Source: an uncultured Planctomycetia bacterium (GTDB lineage Bacteria > Omnitrophota > Gorgyraeia > Duberdicusellales > 4484-171). Taken from it: DNA of 64,000 nt. Made by a program: the position numbers and the translations under genes. The stretch is from the NCBI GenBank assembly GCA_964629655.1, contig CAZVQU010000001.1, positions 164,056 to 228,055 of the forward strand, in the 5' to 3' direction. The notes beneath the pieces were generated by a model. That model was not told the origin of the DNA, did no database searches, and saw only the letters and a list, made by a program, of their open reading frames with translations. Each line of letters begins with the position of its first letter. Positions within the stretch are counted from its first letter, which is position 1. Positions 25,239-35,150 of the stretch are shown here, piece by piece.

Positions 25239-27176
25239 ATGGAAAAGTTCAAGCTAGATAGATTCCAAGAAGAAGCAATTAATGCCAGTAAAAATAACCA
25301 CTCAGTAATTGTAAGTGCACCTACCGGAGCAGGAAAGACTCTAATCGCTGAATACATAATTGAAGATTGCATAAAAAATAATAAGGGAATAATCTATACC
25401 GCTCCAATAAAAGCCCTAAGCAACCAGAAATTCCGAGACTTCTCTAAAAAATACCCTCGAAAGACCGGCATTCTTACCGGGGATGTAAGCATAAACAGAA
25501 ATGCTCCGATCTTAATTATGACTACTGAGATTTTCCGTAATGCTATTCTGGTAAATCCCCAAGAGTTTGCGCATCGAGAGTGGATAATCTTTGATGAGAT
25601 TCACTACCTTGATGATATTGAAAGAGGCACTGTCTGGGAAGAAGCAATAATACTACTGCCTAAACAGATGAGAATATTGGCTTTAAGCGCAACTATTCCT
25701 AATATTGACCAATTTACAGGGTGGTTACGGAAAATCCACAGTTTTCCCTTAAAAGTAATAGTCGAAGGCGTAAGGCCAGTTCCTCTACACTTCTTCTTTC
25801 AATCTAATAATCAGATATTTTATAATTTTTCAAAATTAAAAGAATCTGATCTCCTGCGTAAAACCTTAAAAAGCCCAACCTATCAGGAAAAATACATATT
25901 CTCTAAACCAAATAAGACTAAAAACCTCTTAAAGGGCATAAATGATCTTAAGGGCTACCCTTGTGTATACTTCTCCTTCTCGCGGCGAAGATGTGAAGAG
26001 CTGGCTCATGAAACCGGACAATTTGACTTTCTCGATGGTGATGAAAAGAATAGAATGGCAGAAATGTTCGATAACCTATTAGATAAATTTAGTATCTCCT
26101 CCTCGCCTCATGTAAGTTTTCTGGAGCCCCTTATCAAAAGAGGTATTGCTTACCACCATGCCGGACTCTTACCGACTCTAAAAGAAGTTATTGAAAGGCT
26201 CTTTACCACTGGCTTGATAAAGCTAATTTTTACTACTGAAACCTTTGCCTTGGGAATAAATATGCCGGCAAAAACAGTTATCTTTAACTCTCTCAGCAAA
26301 TTCTATGGGAGATACCATGGCTATTTAAAGACTCGGGATTTTTATCAGATGGCTGGACGGGCCGGACGACGAGGAATCGATGAGGAAGGATTTGTATTCT
26401 CCCGAATAAACCCCTCTCACATAGACATATCTTCTTTAGAAAAGATAATTTACGGAAACTATGAACCTATCCAGAGCCAACTTAATTCTTGTTATGCTAC
26501 CATCTTAAATCTCTACAAAATAATGGCCGATAAAATTTATGATATCTATCCCAAATCTTTTCATTGTTACCAAGGCAAAACCTGGAAGAAGAAAGAAGTC
26601 TTAAGTCTTCTAAAAAGGAAAATATCTTTACTTAAGGACCTCGGTTACATCAAAGGAACAGAAATAACCCAAAAAGCACAACTAGCTGCTAAAGTCTACA
26701 GTTTTGAGCTAGCTATTGGGGAGCTATTTGAAGCTGGATTCTTAGACAGCCTCAAGGAAGAAGATTTATTCGTATTCGTAACTGCCTTAGTTTATGAGCC
26801 AAGAAAAGGAGATAAAAAACCTAAGTTAACCAAAAAGACAAAAGCCCTAAAGCGCGGAATAGATAAATTCATAAAAGACATACACAACCAAGAGAGACGT
26901 TTTCGTATCTATCCTTTAAGTAAAAAATTCTTCTTTTATCTAAGCGGAATCTGCCAGATGTGGTTTGCTGGAGCAAGTTTTTCAAAAATAAGCCAGCATT
27001 GTACTATAGACGAAGGTGAAATAGTAAGATACTTTAGAATGGCTATCCAAGTATTGAGAGAGATAAACACATCTAGCGCTATAACCGAATCCTTAAAAAT
27101 AAAGATCTCAAATTGTTTAAAAAAAGTAAATCGCGATGTCGTAGATGCTGAAAAGCAACTGCGCCAAGAGATATGA
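25239..27176 (+). CDS. Ski2-like superfamily-2 RNA helicase (HelY/Mtr4 family) with DSHCT-like C-terminal domain
   Basis: 645 aa. Motif I is VIVSAPTGAGKT. IYTAPIKALSNQKFRDF, DEIH (IFDEIHYLDD) and SAT are present. The C-terminal CQMWFAGASFSKISQHCTIDEGEIVRYFRMAIQVLREI resembles DSHCT. Confidence 0.75.
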   Translation: MEKFKLDRFQEEAINASKNNHSVIVSAPTGAGKTLIAEYIIEDCIKNNKGIIYTAPIKALSNQKFRDFSKKYPRKTGILTGDVSINRNAPILIMTTEIFRNAILVNPQEFAHREWIIFDEIHYLDDIERGTVWEEAIILLPKQMRILALSATIPNIDQFTGWLRKIHSFPLKVIVEGVRPVPLHFFFQSNNQIFYNFSKLKESDLLRKTLKSPTYQEKYIFSKPNKTKNLLKGINDLKGYPCVYFSFSRRRCEELAHETGQFDFLDGDEKNRMAEMFDNLLDKFSISSSPHVSFLEPLIKRGIAYHHAGLLPTLKEVIERLFTTGLIKLIFTTETFALGINMPAKTVIFNSLSKFYGRYHGYLKTRDFYQMAGRAGRRGIDEEGFVFSRINPSHIDISSLEKIIYGNYEPIQSQLNSCYATILNLYKIMADKIYDIYPKSFHCYQGKTWKKKEVLSLLKRKISLLKDLGYIKGTEITQKAQLAAKVYSFELAIGELFEAGFLDSLKEEDLFVFVTALVYEPRKGDKKPKLTKKTKALKRGIDKFIKDIHNQERRFRIYPLSKKFFFYLSGICQMWFAGASFSKISQHCTIDEGEIVRYFRMAIQVLREINTSSAITESLKIKISNCLKKVNRDVVDAEKQLRQEI

Positions 27177-27276
27177 CACCTAAGATCCTTCGTCTTCGCG
27201 GCCTCAGGATCAAGGCAAATCTGCTTTCGCAGTTTTACCTTGACAATGTTCTTTTTTTCAGTATATTAGACTACCT

Positions 27277-27531
27277 ATGAGCAGAAAATGTGAAATTTGT
27301 AGAAAAAAGGCAATGACTGGCAATACTATCACCAGAAGGGGTATGCCTAAGAAAAAAGGCGGGGTAGGCTTAAAAACTACCGGAATAACTAAGAGGAGAT
27401 TCCTCCCTAATCTTCAATCAAAGAGGATTATTGTAAATGGTAAGGTAAAAAAGGTTCTTGTCTGCGCAAAATGTATAAAAAGCGGTAAACTAACCCTTCC
27501 CTTGAGAAAGCCTGCAGTCTCTAATAGTTAA
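27277..27531 (+). CDS. rpmB: 50S ribosomal protein L28
   Basis: 84 aa, MSRKCEICRKKAMTGNTITRRG...KRRFLPNLQSKR. Confidence 0.9.
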   Translation: MSRKCEICRKKAMTGNTITRRGMPKKKGGVGLKTTGITKRRFLPNLQSKRIIVNGKVKKVLVCAKCIKSGKLTLPLRKPAVSNS

Positions 27532-29160
27532 TTTAGGAGCATTGTGGTAGTAGTTAACCTGAAGGGAGAATACTATGTCAAAACTATCGGCATAGTCGAT
27601 AATCTCTAAAATATCCTTATCATAACAAATAGCTTCGTAAGTCCTTTCACTATTTTCAAGCCATAGAGAATAAAAGGAATTAATCTTCTTGGGTGCGCCT
27701 TTTTTAGAGACATTATAGGCAGCGAAAAGAGGCTTGGAGTTACCTTCTCCATAAGGCTTTAACTTCTCTAAGCCCTCAGCAAGCTCCATATCTATATTAC
27801 TAAAATCTATAAGAGCGTCTACACTAATTGTAGGGATAAAATCTTGGGGCGATAAATCCTCCTTTATTAAAGCATTGATTTTTTCCCTGAAATTCTCCAC
27901 TTCCTCTCTTTCAATCTCTACTCCGGCTGCCTTGCTATGGCCGCCATAGGCAAGCAAAGAATCAGCGCACCTATCTAGCATCTCTATCAGATGCACGCTC
28001 TCTATAGAACGGGCAGAACCTTTTCCGGAATCTTGGTCAAGGGAAAATACAAAAGAAGGCCGATAATACTTATCGGCTAAGCGGGAAGCCACAATGCCTA
28101 AGACTCCAGGATGCCAACCATCTCCGGAGACAACAATTGCATGTTCGCTGCCGCCGTCATCTCCGATCCTTTGCTCAGCCTCCTTTAAAATCTGCGCTTC
28201 TATAGACCGCCGTAACTTATTATATTCGCCTAACTTAGAAGCTAAATCGTGAGCTTTATTCTCATCTTCAGTTAAGAATAACTCTAAAGACTCTCGGGCA
28301 TGGGCAACCCGACCTGAAGCATTAATCCTTGGGCCAAGAATATAACCAATATGAAAAGTATCTATATTCTCCTGCTTTAGGCTGCCGGCCTTACAAAGAG
28401 CTTTTATGGCTAATCGCGGGCTTTGCCTAATTGCCTCTAGCCCTCCTCTTAATAATGCTCTATTTTCCCCCTTTAAAGGGACAACATCACAGACTAAAGA
28501 CAGAGCAACTAAATCTAAAACTTGCTCGGGCAAAGAATCTGTTAAAGCCTGCAATAACTTAAAAGATAGAGCGCCGGCACTTAAATCCTTACAAGGATAC
28601 TTCGAGTCTTTCCGCTTAGGATTAACAAAAGCAAACGGCTTAATTGAATTTTCCCCTATTAGGTGGTGGTCAACTACAATAACATCTATCTTAAGTGATT
28701 CCGCCAATGCTATCTCTTCCACTGCCCCAGTACCACAATCAAAAGTAATAATTAAGCTTACTTCCTCCTCTTTTGCTCTGGCAATAGCTTCCCTATTCAA
28801 GCCATAACCTTCTTCTACGCGATGAGGAATATAAAAAGAGAATAGACTGGAAAATTCTTTTGAAAACTCGTGAAAGATAGCCAAAGAAGTAATCCCGTCA
28901 ACGTCATAGTCGCCAAAGACAAGTACCTTCTCCTTTTCTTTAACAGCTTGTTTAATTCTAGCTACGGCCTTTTCAATATCGGGAAGCAAAGATGGACAAT
29001 GAAGGCTAGAAAACTTAGGATTAAGAACGTTCTTGAAATCTTCTTGTTTTATCCCCCGATTAAGGAAAATCTGGACTAGGAAGGTAGACATACCATAGAT
29101 TTTAGCCAGTTCCCTAGCCTTAGGGTTTAATTCTTTTACCTTCCACAAATGTCTTCTCAT
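27490..29160 (-). CDS. recJ: Single-stranded-DNA-specific exonuclease RecJ
   Basis: 556 aa. DHH motifs (VFGDYDVDGITS, VVDHH) and a DHHA1 domain are present. Confidence 0.9.
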   Translation of the reverse strand: MRRHLWKVKELNPKARELAKIYGMSTFLVQIFLNRGIKQEDFKNVLNPKFSSLHCPSLLPDIEKAVARIKQAVKEKEKVLVFGDYDVDGITSLAIFHEFSKEFSSLFSFYIPHRVEEGYGLNREAIARAKEEEVSLIITFDCGTGAVEEIALAESLKIDVIVVDHHLIGENSIKPFAFVNPKRKDSKYPCKDLSAGALSFKLLQALTDSLPEQVLDLVALSLVCDVVPLKGENRALLRGGLEAIRQSPRLAIKALCKAGSLKQENIDTFHIGYILGPRINASGRVAHARESLELFLTEDENKAHDLASKLGEYNKLRRSIEAQILKEAEQRIGDDGGSEHAIVVSGDGWHPGVLGIVASRLADKYYRPSFVFSLDQDSGKGSARSIESVHLIEMLDRCADSLLAYGGHSKAAGVEIEREEVENFREKINALIKEDLSPQDFIPTISVDALIDFSNIDMELAEGLEKLKPYGEGNSKPLFAAYNVSKKGAPKKINSFYSLWLENSERTYEAICYDKDILEIIDYADSFDIVFSLQVNYYHNAPKLTIRDCRLSQGKG

Positions 29161-29177
29161 TTTAAAAAGGGAGTTAC

Positions 29178-30782
29178 TTACATTCTCTCAGCCGGCTTGA
29201 TGCCTAAGAGAGAAAGGCCGCAATGGAAAACTATTCTTACGGCGCTAACCAGATTAATTCTTGCTTGGGATATTTTTCTATCCTCATCCAATACTCTTTT
29301 CTTCTCATAAAACTTATGAAAGCTAGCGGCTAAATTCTTTAAAAACTCAATAATAAAAACCGGCTCTTGTGAGTAGTAAGCTTTTTCAAGACAATATGAG
29401 AACTGTAGCAATGCCCGAAGAAGCGCTAACTCTTCCGAGTCCTTTAGGAACTTACTAAAATTACTCTTGGCAGAGACCTTCTTAATCTTTCTAAAGATAC
29501 TTTCGATCCGAACACAAACATACTGAATATAATACAAAGGGTTATTAAAAGAAGCTTCTTTGGCAAGATCGATATCAAATTCAAGGTGTGAAGAGTTTCT
29601 ACGAGTAAGATAGTAGAATCTTGCAGTATCAGGCCCAACATCTTTAATTAAATCCGAAAGCAGAATCATTGTTCCGGCTCTCTTAGACATCCGCTCTTTG
29701 GTTTTTAATGTTACTAACTGAATTATAATTATCTTTAAGATATCCTGATCATGCTTTAAGGCTTTTATAGCTGATTTTACCCTCTTTATGTAGCCGTGAT
29801 GATCCGGCCCCCATAAATTTATCAACTTATTAAACCTACGATCAATCTTATCTTTATGATAAGCAATATCTGAAGCAAAGTAGGTAAGTTCTCCATCAGC
29901 CTTCTTAATAACCCTATCCTTATCATCACCGAACTTAGTCGAAAGAAACCACATGGCGCCGTCTTTCTCATAAATCAGGCCTTTTTTCTTTAAAGTATCA
30001 ATGGCGCTGTCGACTTTTTTACTGCTAATCAGCTTTTTCTGGCTAAACCAATTATCAAACTTTATGCCTAAAGTATTAAGATCCTTTTTGATAAGCTCGG
30101 TCATCTCTTTAATAATCTTTTTTCTTAAGCGATTACGATTCGATTCTAATTTAATAATCGAGACGCTACTTGCAGTCTTGCTAACATATTCGCCTTTATA
30201 CCCCCCTTCGGGGATAGAAACATCCTCGCCTCTATTTTCTTTAATCCTTGTTTTAACAGAATCAACTAAAAGCTCTATCTGACGGCCTTCATCATTTAAG
30301 TAATACTCTCTTTTGACATCATTACCGAAAAATTCCAATACATTAGCAATCGCATCACCGACTACTGCCTGGCGGCCATGGGCTACTGAGAGCGGACCAG
30401 TAGGGTTTGCACTTAAGAATTCAATAAGCACCTTTTTCTTAATCTGGCTGCGGAAAAACTTATCTTTATCTTTAAGAACTTTATTTAGAGAATGTATGAG
30501 GGTCTTTGGAGAAATAAATATATTGATGAAACCCGGCCTTAGAATCTCTATTTTATCGACATCCTTAGAAAGCGCCTCTTCCAAAGACATCTTTATCTGG
30601 GCAGCAATCTCTAAAGGATCCTTTTTGAGATGCGAAGCAAGTTTTAAAGCTACCATCGAAGATAAATCTCCAAACTCCTGCTTCTGGGGTAGTTCCCATA
30701 AAGGATGCTCCAAAGAAAAATCGTAATCCTTCTTTATTATTTTTTCTAGAACATGAGAAACCTTCTCTTGGAAACTTCTCAT
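29178..30782 (-). CDS. argS: Arginyl-tRNA synthetase
   Basis: 534 aa. SANPTGPLSVAHGR HIGH-like motif and a class I anticodon-binding C-terminus. Confidence 0.9.
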   Translation of the reverse strand: MRSFQEKVSHVLEKIIKKDYDFSLEHPLWELPQKQEFGDLSSMVALKLASHLKKDPLEIAAQIKMSLEEALSKDVDKIEILRPGFINIFISPKTLIHSLNKVLKDKDKFFRSQIKKKVLIEFLSANPTGPLSVAHGRQAVVGDAIANVLEFFGNDVKREYYLNDEGRQIELLVDSVKTRIKENRGEDVSIPEGGYKGEYVSKTASSVSIIKLESNRNRLRKKIIKEMTELIKKDLNTLGIKFDNWFSQKKLISSKKVDSAIDTLKKKGLIYEKDGAMWFLSTKFGDDKDRVIKKADGELTYFASDIAYHKDKIDRRFNKLINLWGPDHHGYIKRVKSAIKALKHDQDILKIIIIQLVTLKTKERMSKRAGTMILLSDLIKDVGPDTARFYYLTRRNSSHLEFDIDLAKEASFNNPLYYIQYVCVRIESIFRKIKKVSAKSNFSKFLKDSEELALLRALLQFSYCLEKAYYSQEPVFIIEFLKNLAASFHKFYEKKRVLDEDRKISQARINLVSAVRIVFHCGLSLLGIKPAERM

Positions 30783-30785
30783 CGT

Positions 30786-31862
30786 TTAAATTCCTGCTAC
30801 TTTTAATAGTGTCTTAACGTCAGATTTGACAACTGGAGGGCGTTTTATGCTCTTTATAGCAATATTAGGGTCTTTAAGGCCGTGTCCGGTAAGAGTACAG
30901 GCAATAATTATCTTCTTCTTCCTGTTTTTTAGTTTCTTGAAGAATCCTCTTTTGTTTAGCATAAATAATCCAGCCACCGAAGCTGCTGAAGCCGGCTCAA
31001 CAAAGACTCCTTCCTCTGAGGCTAAAAACTTATAGGCCGAAAGTATCTGACTATCACTCACAGCCTCAATTAATCCCTTAGATTCCTTGCGGGCCGCTAG
31101 AGCTTGCTTCCAGCTTGCCGGATTCCCAATCTTAATAGCAGTGGCAATTGTTTTAGGCTTGCTTATTGGATGGCCTTTTACAATCGGAGCTGAACCCTTT
31201 GCTTGGAAACCACACATACGCGGTAAGTATTTTATTTTTTTATAAGAATAGTACTCTTTATAACCCTTCCAGTAAGCAGTTATATTACCGGCATTACCTA
31301 CTGGTAAACAATGAAAATCAGGAGCAGTTCCCAGAAAATCGCAAACCTCAAAAGAAGCTGTCTTCTGGCCTTCAATACGATGAGGATTTATAGAATTTAC
31401 TAACCTTATTGGATAATCGCAAGCTATTTCTCTAACTACCTTAAAAGCATCATCAAAGTTTCCCTTTACCGCTACCACCTTGGCATTATGGATAAGAGCC
31501 TGAGCTAACTTTCCTAAAGCGATTGCTCCCTCAGGTATTACTACAATACACTTTAAGTTTGCTTGAGCCGAATAAGCAGCAGCTGAAGCTGAAGTATTCC
31601 CGGTTGAAGCACAAATCACAGCCCGTGCCCCCTCTTCCTTGGCTTTAGAAATAGCCATAGTCATTCCCCGGTCCTTAAAAGAACCTGTCGGATTGATGCC
31701 TTCATATTTAAGATATACCTTAAAATTACTACCTAAGATAGCTGAAATCTTCTTAGCATGTATTAAAGGAGTGTTCCCCTCCTGAAGAGTTATCAGAGGA
31801 GTTTTCTTTGTTACTGGTAGATACCTTTTGTAACGGGCTATAACCCCATTGTAAAGACTCAT
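30786..31862 (-). CDS. thrC: Threonine synthase
   Basis: 358 aa. PLP lysine motif GSFKDRGMT. 4-nt overlap with hom. Confidence 0.9.
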   Translation of the reverse strand: MSLYNGVIARYKRYLPVTKKTPLITLQEGNTPLIHAKKISAILGSNFKVYLKYEGINPTGSFKDRGMTMAISKAKEEGARAVICASTGNTSASAAAYSAQANLKCIVVIPEGAIALGKLAQALIHNAKVVAVKGNFDDAFKVVREIACDYPIRLVNSINPHRIEGQKTASFEVCDFLGTAPDFHCLPVGNAGNITAYWKGYKEYYSYKKIKYLPRMCGFQAKGSAPIVKGHPISKPKTIATAIKIGNPASWKQALAARKESKGLIEAVSDSQILSAYKFLASEEGVFVEPASAASVAGLFMLNKRGFFKKLKNRKKKIIIACTLTGHGLKDPNIAIKSIKRPPVVKSDVKTLLKVAGI

Positions 31863-33130
31863 AAATCCTCTATTCTTATTCTCTGAGAAGGACCTTTGAT
31901 TACCTTTAGACTGTCAATTTCAGCCAAAGCTTTTCTAACGCTCTCCTCTCTAGCCTCATGAGTAAGCATAATAATCGGTACGACCCTTCCTCTATTCCTC
32001 TCTTTTTGAGTTACTGAGGCAATACTGATATTCAAAGAAGTAAGTATTTTAGAAATCTTTGCTAATACACCGGGATAATCTTGAGCCATAAATCTTATGT
32101 AGTAGCGAGCCCTGACATCTTTTATATTTTGAATAGAAACTTTTTCTTTCCTTCCAATAACCATACCTTGACCAGAAGCGATACTGACAATATCAGATAT
32201 AACCGCAGACGAAGTAGGTACTCCCCCGGCTCCTTCTCCGCGAAAGAGAAGCTCACCGGCTGGTTGAGTATCAAGATAAACTGCATTGTAAGCTAAAGAA
32301 ACATGAGAAAGCGGATGCTCCATAGATACCAGCGTAGGATGTACGCGCAGATCCAAAGAATTCTTTCCTTTCTTGGCTATAGCTAATAGTTTTATTCGGT
32401 AATTTAACTTCTGCGCATAGAGAATATCCAAGAGAGATATCTTGGAAATCCCTTCAGTATAGACTTTGTTTGATGACGGCCACACACCATAGCAAAGATA
32501 ACTTAAGATACACAGCTTATGAAGAGTATCTTTGCCTTCAATGTCTAGACGCGGACTTCTTTCAGCCAGTCCATTATCCTGAGCTTGACTGAGAGCTTGC
32601 TTAAAATCAATATTTTCCTTGGCCATCTTATAGAGAATATAATTAGTTGTTCCGTTAAGTATTCCGTATATCTTCTTAACTTCACAACTTATTAAACCTT
32701 GAGAAATGCTCTTTATAAGAGGGATAGCTCCGCAAACAGAAGCTTCAAAGCCAATGCTTCTGTTTTTCCGCTTAGCTAAGGAAAAAATTTGCTTACCCGA
32801 AGATGCTAGGAGAGCCTTATTAGCAGTTACAACATCTTTACCTTTTCTTAAAGCCTCCTCAATAAAAGCACCTGCGGGCTTAATCCCTCCGACTAATTCC
32901 ACAATAATATCTATCTGAGGATCATTGATTAATTCCTGAGGATTTGAGGAAAATGAAAGGCCTAACCTCTTAGCAACTTTTCTCTTAGCCTTATCTTTAT
33001 CACATACCTTCTTTACCACTATGCGCAAAGGAACCCGTCTACTGATTAATGCAGAGTACTTCTTCAAAGATTTTGCTACAGACTCTCCGACATGACCCAA
33101 ACCGATTATTCCTATTTTTTTAATTATCAT
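31859..33130 (-). CDS. hom: Homoserine dehydrogenase with C-terminal ACT domain
   Basis: 423 aa. IGIIGLGHVGESVAK Rossmann motif. ACT domain at the C-terminus. Confidence 0.9.
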   Translation of the reverse strand: MIIKKIGIIGLGHVGESVAKSLKKYSALISRRVPLRIVVKKVCDKDKAKRKVAKRLGLSFSSNPQELINDPQIDIIVELVGGIKPAGAFIEEALRKGKDVVTANKALLASSGKQIFSLAKRKNRSIGFEASVCGAIPLIKSISQGLISCEVKKIYGILNGTTNYILYKMAKENIDFKQALSQAQDNGLAERSPRLDIEGKDTLHKLCILSYLCYGVWPSSNKVYTEGISKISLLDILYAQKLNYRIKLLAIAKKGKNSLDLRVHPTLVSMEHPLSHVSLAYNAVYLDTQPAGELLFRGEGAGGVPTSSAVISDIVSIASGQGMVIGRKEKVSIQNIKDVRARYYIRFMAQDYPGVLAKISKILTSLNISIASVTQKERNRGRVVPIIMLTHEAREESVRKALAEIDSLKVIKGPSQRIRIEDL

Positions 33131-33477
33131 TTTAAACTTTCCTTAATAAATTCGCCTAATTTCTTAAAAAAGTTATCATCCAAGCCTACGAAACTAACCC
33201 TAGTCTCATAAACTAAATCTCGAACTATCTCCCGAGAATCAATAACCTCCCCTTCGAGTTCTATTCTTTGAGGAATAAAAGGGATTCTCAAATTCATGGT
33301 TAAACGAGTACCCTTCTTAAATGACTTGTTAGTATTAAGAAGCGCTCCTCCCTGGCTAACATCTTTAGTCTGGGAAAGATCATAGCTGCTTTCCAACTCT
33401 TGAATCCGATAGTTAATCACAAAATTACCGTTTATTCTCGGATGTTCTCTTTTTTCTTGACCCTTGGGATCTGTCAT
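33127..33477 (-). CDS. PilZ-domain c-di-GMP receptor
   Basis: 116 aa with RxxxR (REHPRI) and DxSxGG (DVSQGG) motifs. The stop overlaps the hom start by 4 nt. Confidence 0.7.
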   Translation of the reverse strand: MTDPKGQEKREHPRINGNFVINYRIQELESSYDLSQTKDVSQGGALLNTNKSFKKGTRLTMNLRIPFIPQRIELEGEVIDSREIVRDLVYETRVSFVGLDDNFFKKLGEFIKESLK

Positions 33478-33498
33478 TTTGCCCCCTTTTTGCTAACT

Positions 33499-33577
33499 TG
33501 GTCGGGAGAGTGGGATTTGAACCCACGGCCCCTTGCACCCCATGCAAGTGCGCTAATCCGAGCTGCGCCACCTCCCG
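33499..33577 (-). tRNA. tRNA-Pro (anticodon GGG), CCA encoded
   Basis: CGGGAGG acceptor stem, anticodon loop ATGGGGT, T-loop TTCAAAT. Confidence 0.8.
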
Positions 33578-33605
33578 TATAGTCAATAATTAACAAACAA
33601 CAAGG

Positions 33606-33634
33606 ATTTTATCACGATTTAGAAGTGTCATCAA
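33606..33634 (-). promoter_or_regulatory. Promoter copy A (TTGATG-N17-TAAAAT with conserved spacer AATCGTGATAAAAT) upstream of tRNA-Pro/PilZ operon
   Basis: On the minus strand, -35 is at 33634..33629 and -10 at 33611..33606. A 35-nt block is near-identical to copy B at 34997..35025. Confidence 0.55.
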
Positions 33635-33684
33635 GGTAAATGTAGTATGGAAAAGGGCCGGAAACCATCCAGGTTGTTGATTCT

Positions 33685-34110
33685 CTAATAATAGTGAAAG
33701 GTTATATTTAAAATATCGTGTCTTCCCACTACACCAACAAGTTTATCCTTGTCAAAAACTGGTATAGTGTGAACATTCTTCTTGTGCATGATAGCCATAG
33801 CCTTTGCGACTTTTGTATCTTTTTGAAGCGATACTATACATCTGCTTGCTAAATCACCTACTTCTCGTTTAGAAATCTCCTTTAGGGCATTTTCTCTATG
33901 GCCCCCCTTAGAAAGAACCTCATCTATAACCCTAAATAAATCTGTAGTAGTAAAAATTCCCATTAATTTGCTCTTATCGTCTTTGGCGACTACTAATATT
34001 CCGTTTATACGATAGCGAAATAGTAGATGAGCTACATCGCCAACACCAACATCCTCTTTCACCGTTATAGGATGTTCGCACATAATATCCTTTAAGGATA
34101 ATTTCAGCAT
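33685..34110 (-). CDS. CBS-pair domain protein
   Basis: 141 aa with two CBS motifs (HPITVKEDVGVGDVAHLL..., HTIPVFDKDKLVGVVGRHDIL). Confidence 0.7.
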   Translation of the reverse strand: MLKLSLKDIMCEHPITVKEDVGVGDVAHLLFRYRINGILVVAKDDKSKLMGIFTTTDLFRVIDEVLSKGGHRENALKEISKREVGDLASRCIVSLQKDTKVAKAMAIMHKKNVHTIPVFDKDKLVGVVGRHDILNITFHYY

Positions 34111-34118
34111 TTTTCTTT

Positions 34119-34961
34119 TTAATCTCTTTCCCAGAAACTGGGATTGACCTGAAGTAACTCTAAAAACACTTTCACAACCCTAGGATCTAATTGAGTTCCT
34201 GAGACTTTCTCCAGTTCTGCCAGGATAGTATCTTTAGATAGCGGTTTTCTGTATGGCCTTGCTGAATTCATAGCGTCAAAAGTATCAGCGACTGCCATAA
34301 TTCGTGCTCCTGGGGATATTTCCTCACCCTTAATTCCTTCAGGGTATCCTCCTCCAGCATACCTTTCGTGGTGATGAAGAATTATCTCTTTCTCAACAGG
34401 TAAGAATTTTAAAGGCTCGAGTATTTCTAAACCTCTTTGAGGATGCCCCTTCATAATTTTCCACTCTTCGTCGTTAAGCTTGCCGGGCTTATTTAAAATA
34501 CTATCACCAATGCTTATCTTTCCTAAATCATGTAATATACCAGCTCGCTCTACAATCTTTTGCTCCTCTTGCGAAAAACCCATAGCTTTAGCTATAGCCA
34601 GAGCATATTGAGACACTCTCTTAGTATGGCCACGTACATAAGTATCTTTTGCTTCCTCAGTTAGAATCAAAACAGCAATAGTGTCGATTTCTGCTTCTTG
34701 CAATCTCTTCTGGGCAACAATAAGAGCCTCATTCAAGGACTGCAACCGATATCTATCTCTGAGTTCCTGGACCCAAAGGTAAGCTATCAAGGCTAATACC
34801 GTGCCAAGGATAATCTCACTGGATATTATAACTGCATTGGGGTAGACCACTACAGCATATAGGTGAAAAAAGACAATAAGGAAAATAATTGCTACGATCC
34901 AAAGCTTAAAGGTATCGCTTAGAAAAGCTCTACCTTTTCCATTTTTCTCAGGTTTACTCAT
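34119..34961 (-). CDS. HD-GYP domain c-di-GMP phosphodiesterase, membrane anchored
   Basis: 280 aa. Two N-terminal TM helices. HD (ILHDLGK) and HHERYAGGGYP motifs. Confidence 0.8.
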   Translation of the reverse strand: MSKPEKNGKGRAFLSDTFKLWIVAIIFLIVFFHLYAVVVYPNAVIISSEIILGTVLALIAYLWVQELRDRYRLQSLNEALIVAQKRLQEAEIDTIAVLILTEEAKDTYVRGHTKRVSQYALAIAKAMGFSQEEQKIVERAGILHDLGKISIGDSILNKPGKLNDEEWKIMKGHPQRGLEILEPLKFLPVEKEIILHHHERYAGGGYPEGIKGEEISPGARIMAVADTFDAMNSARPYRKPLSKDTILAELEKVSGTQLDPRVVKVFLELLQVNPSFWERD

Positions 34962-34996
34962 TGTAATATTCAGTTAATAATTCTCTGTGCTTAAAA

Positions 34997-35025
34997 ATTT
35001 TATCACGATTCAGAAACATCATCAA
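34997..35025 (-). promoter_or_regulatory. Promoter copy B (TTGATG-N17-TAAAAT) upstream of HD-GYP/CBS operon
   Basis: On the minus strand, -35 is at 35025..35020 and -10 at 35002..34997. The spacer TTCTGAATCGTGA is near-identical to copy A. Confidence 0.55.
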
Positions 35026-35150
35026 GGCAAAATATATATTGAAAACAAAGGCTGAAAACGCTTTTACAGCTAACTACACATACCTTGAAAGAGCAAATTG
35101 CCATATGTTATACTTAACCCAAAGAGGGTTTGAAGGTTAGACCAAACCAA

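Noticed and set aside
27177-27276. GATCCT...AGGATC palindrome after the helicase gene as a terminator
   Set aside because: The 6-bp stem has a 16-nt loop and no U-tract. More likely an incidental palindrome next to the rpmB promoter (TTGACA-N16-TATATT).
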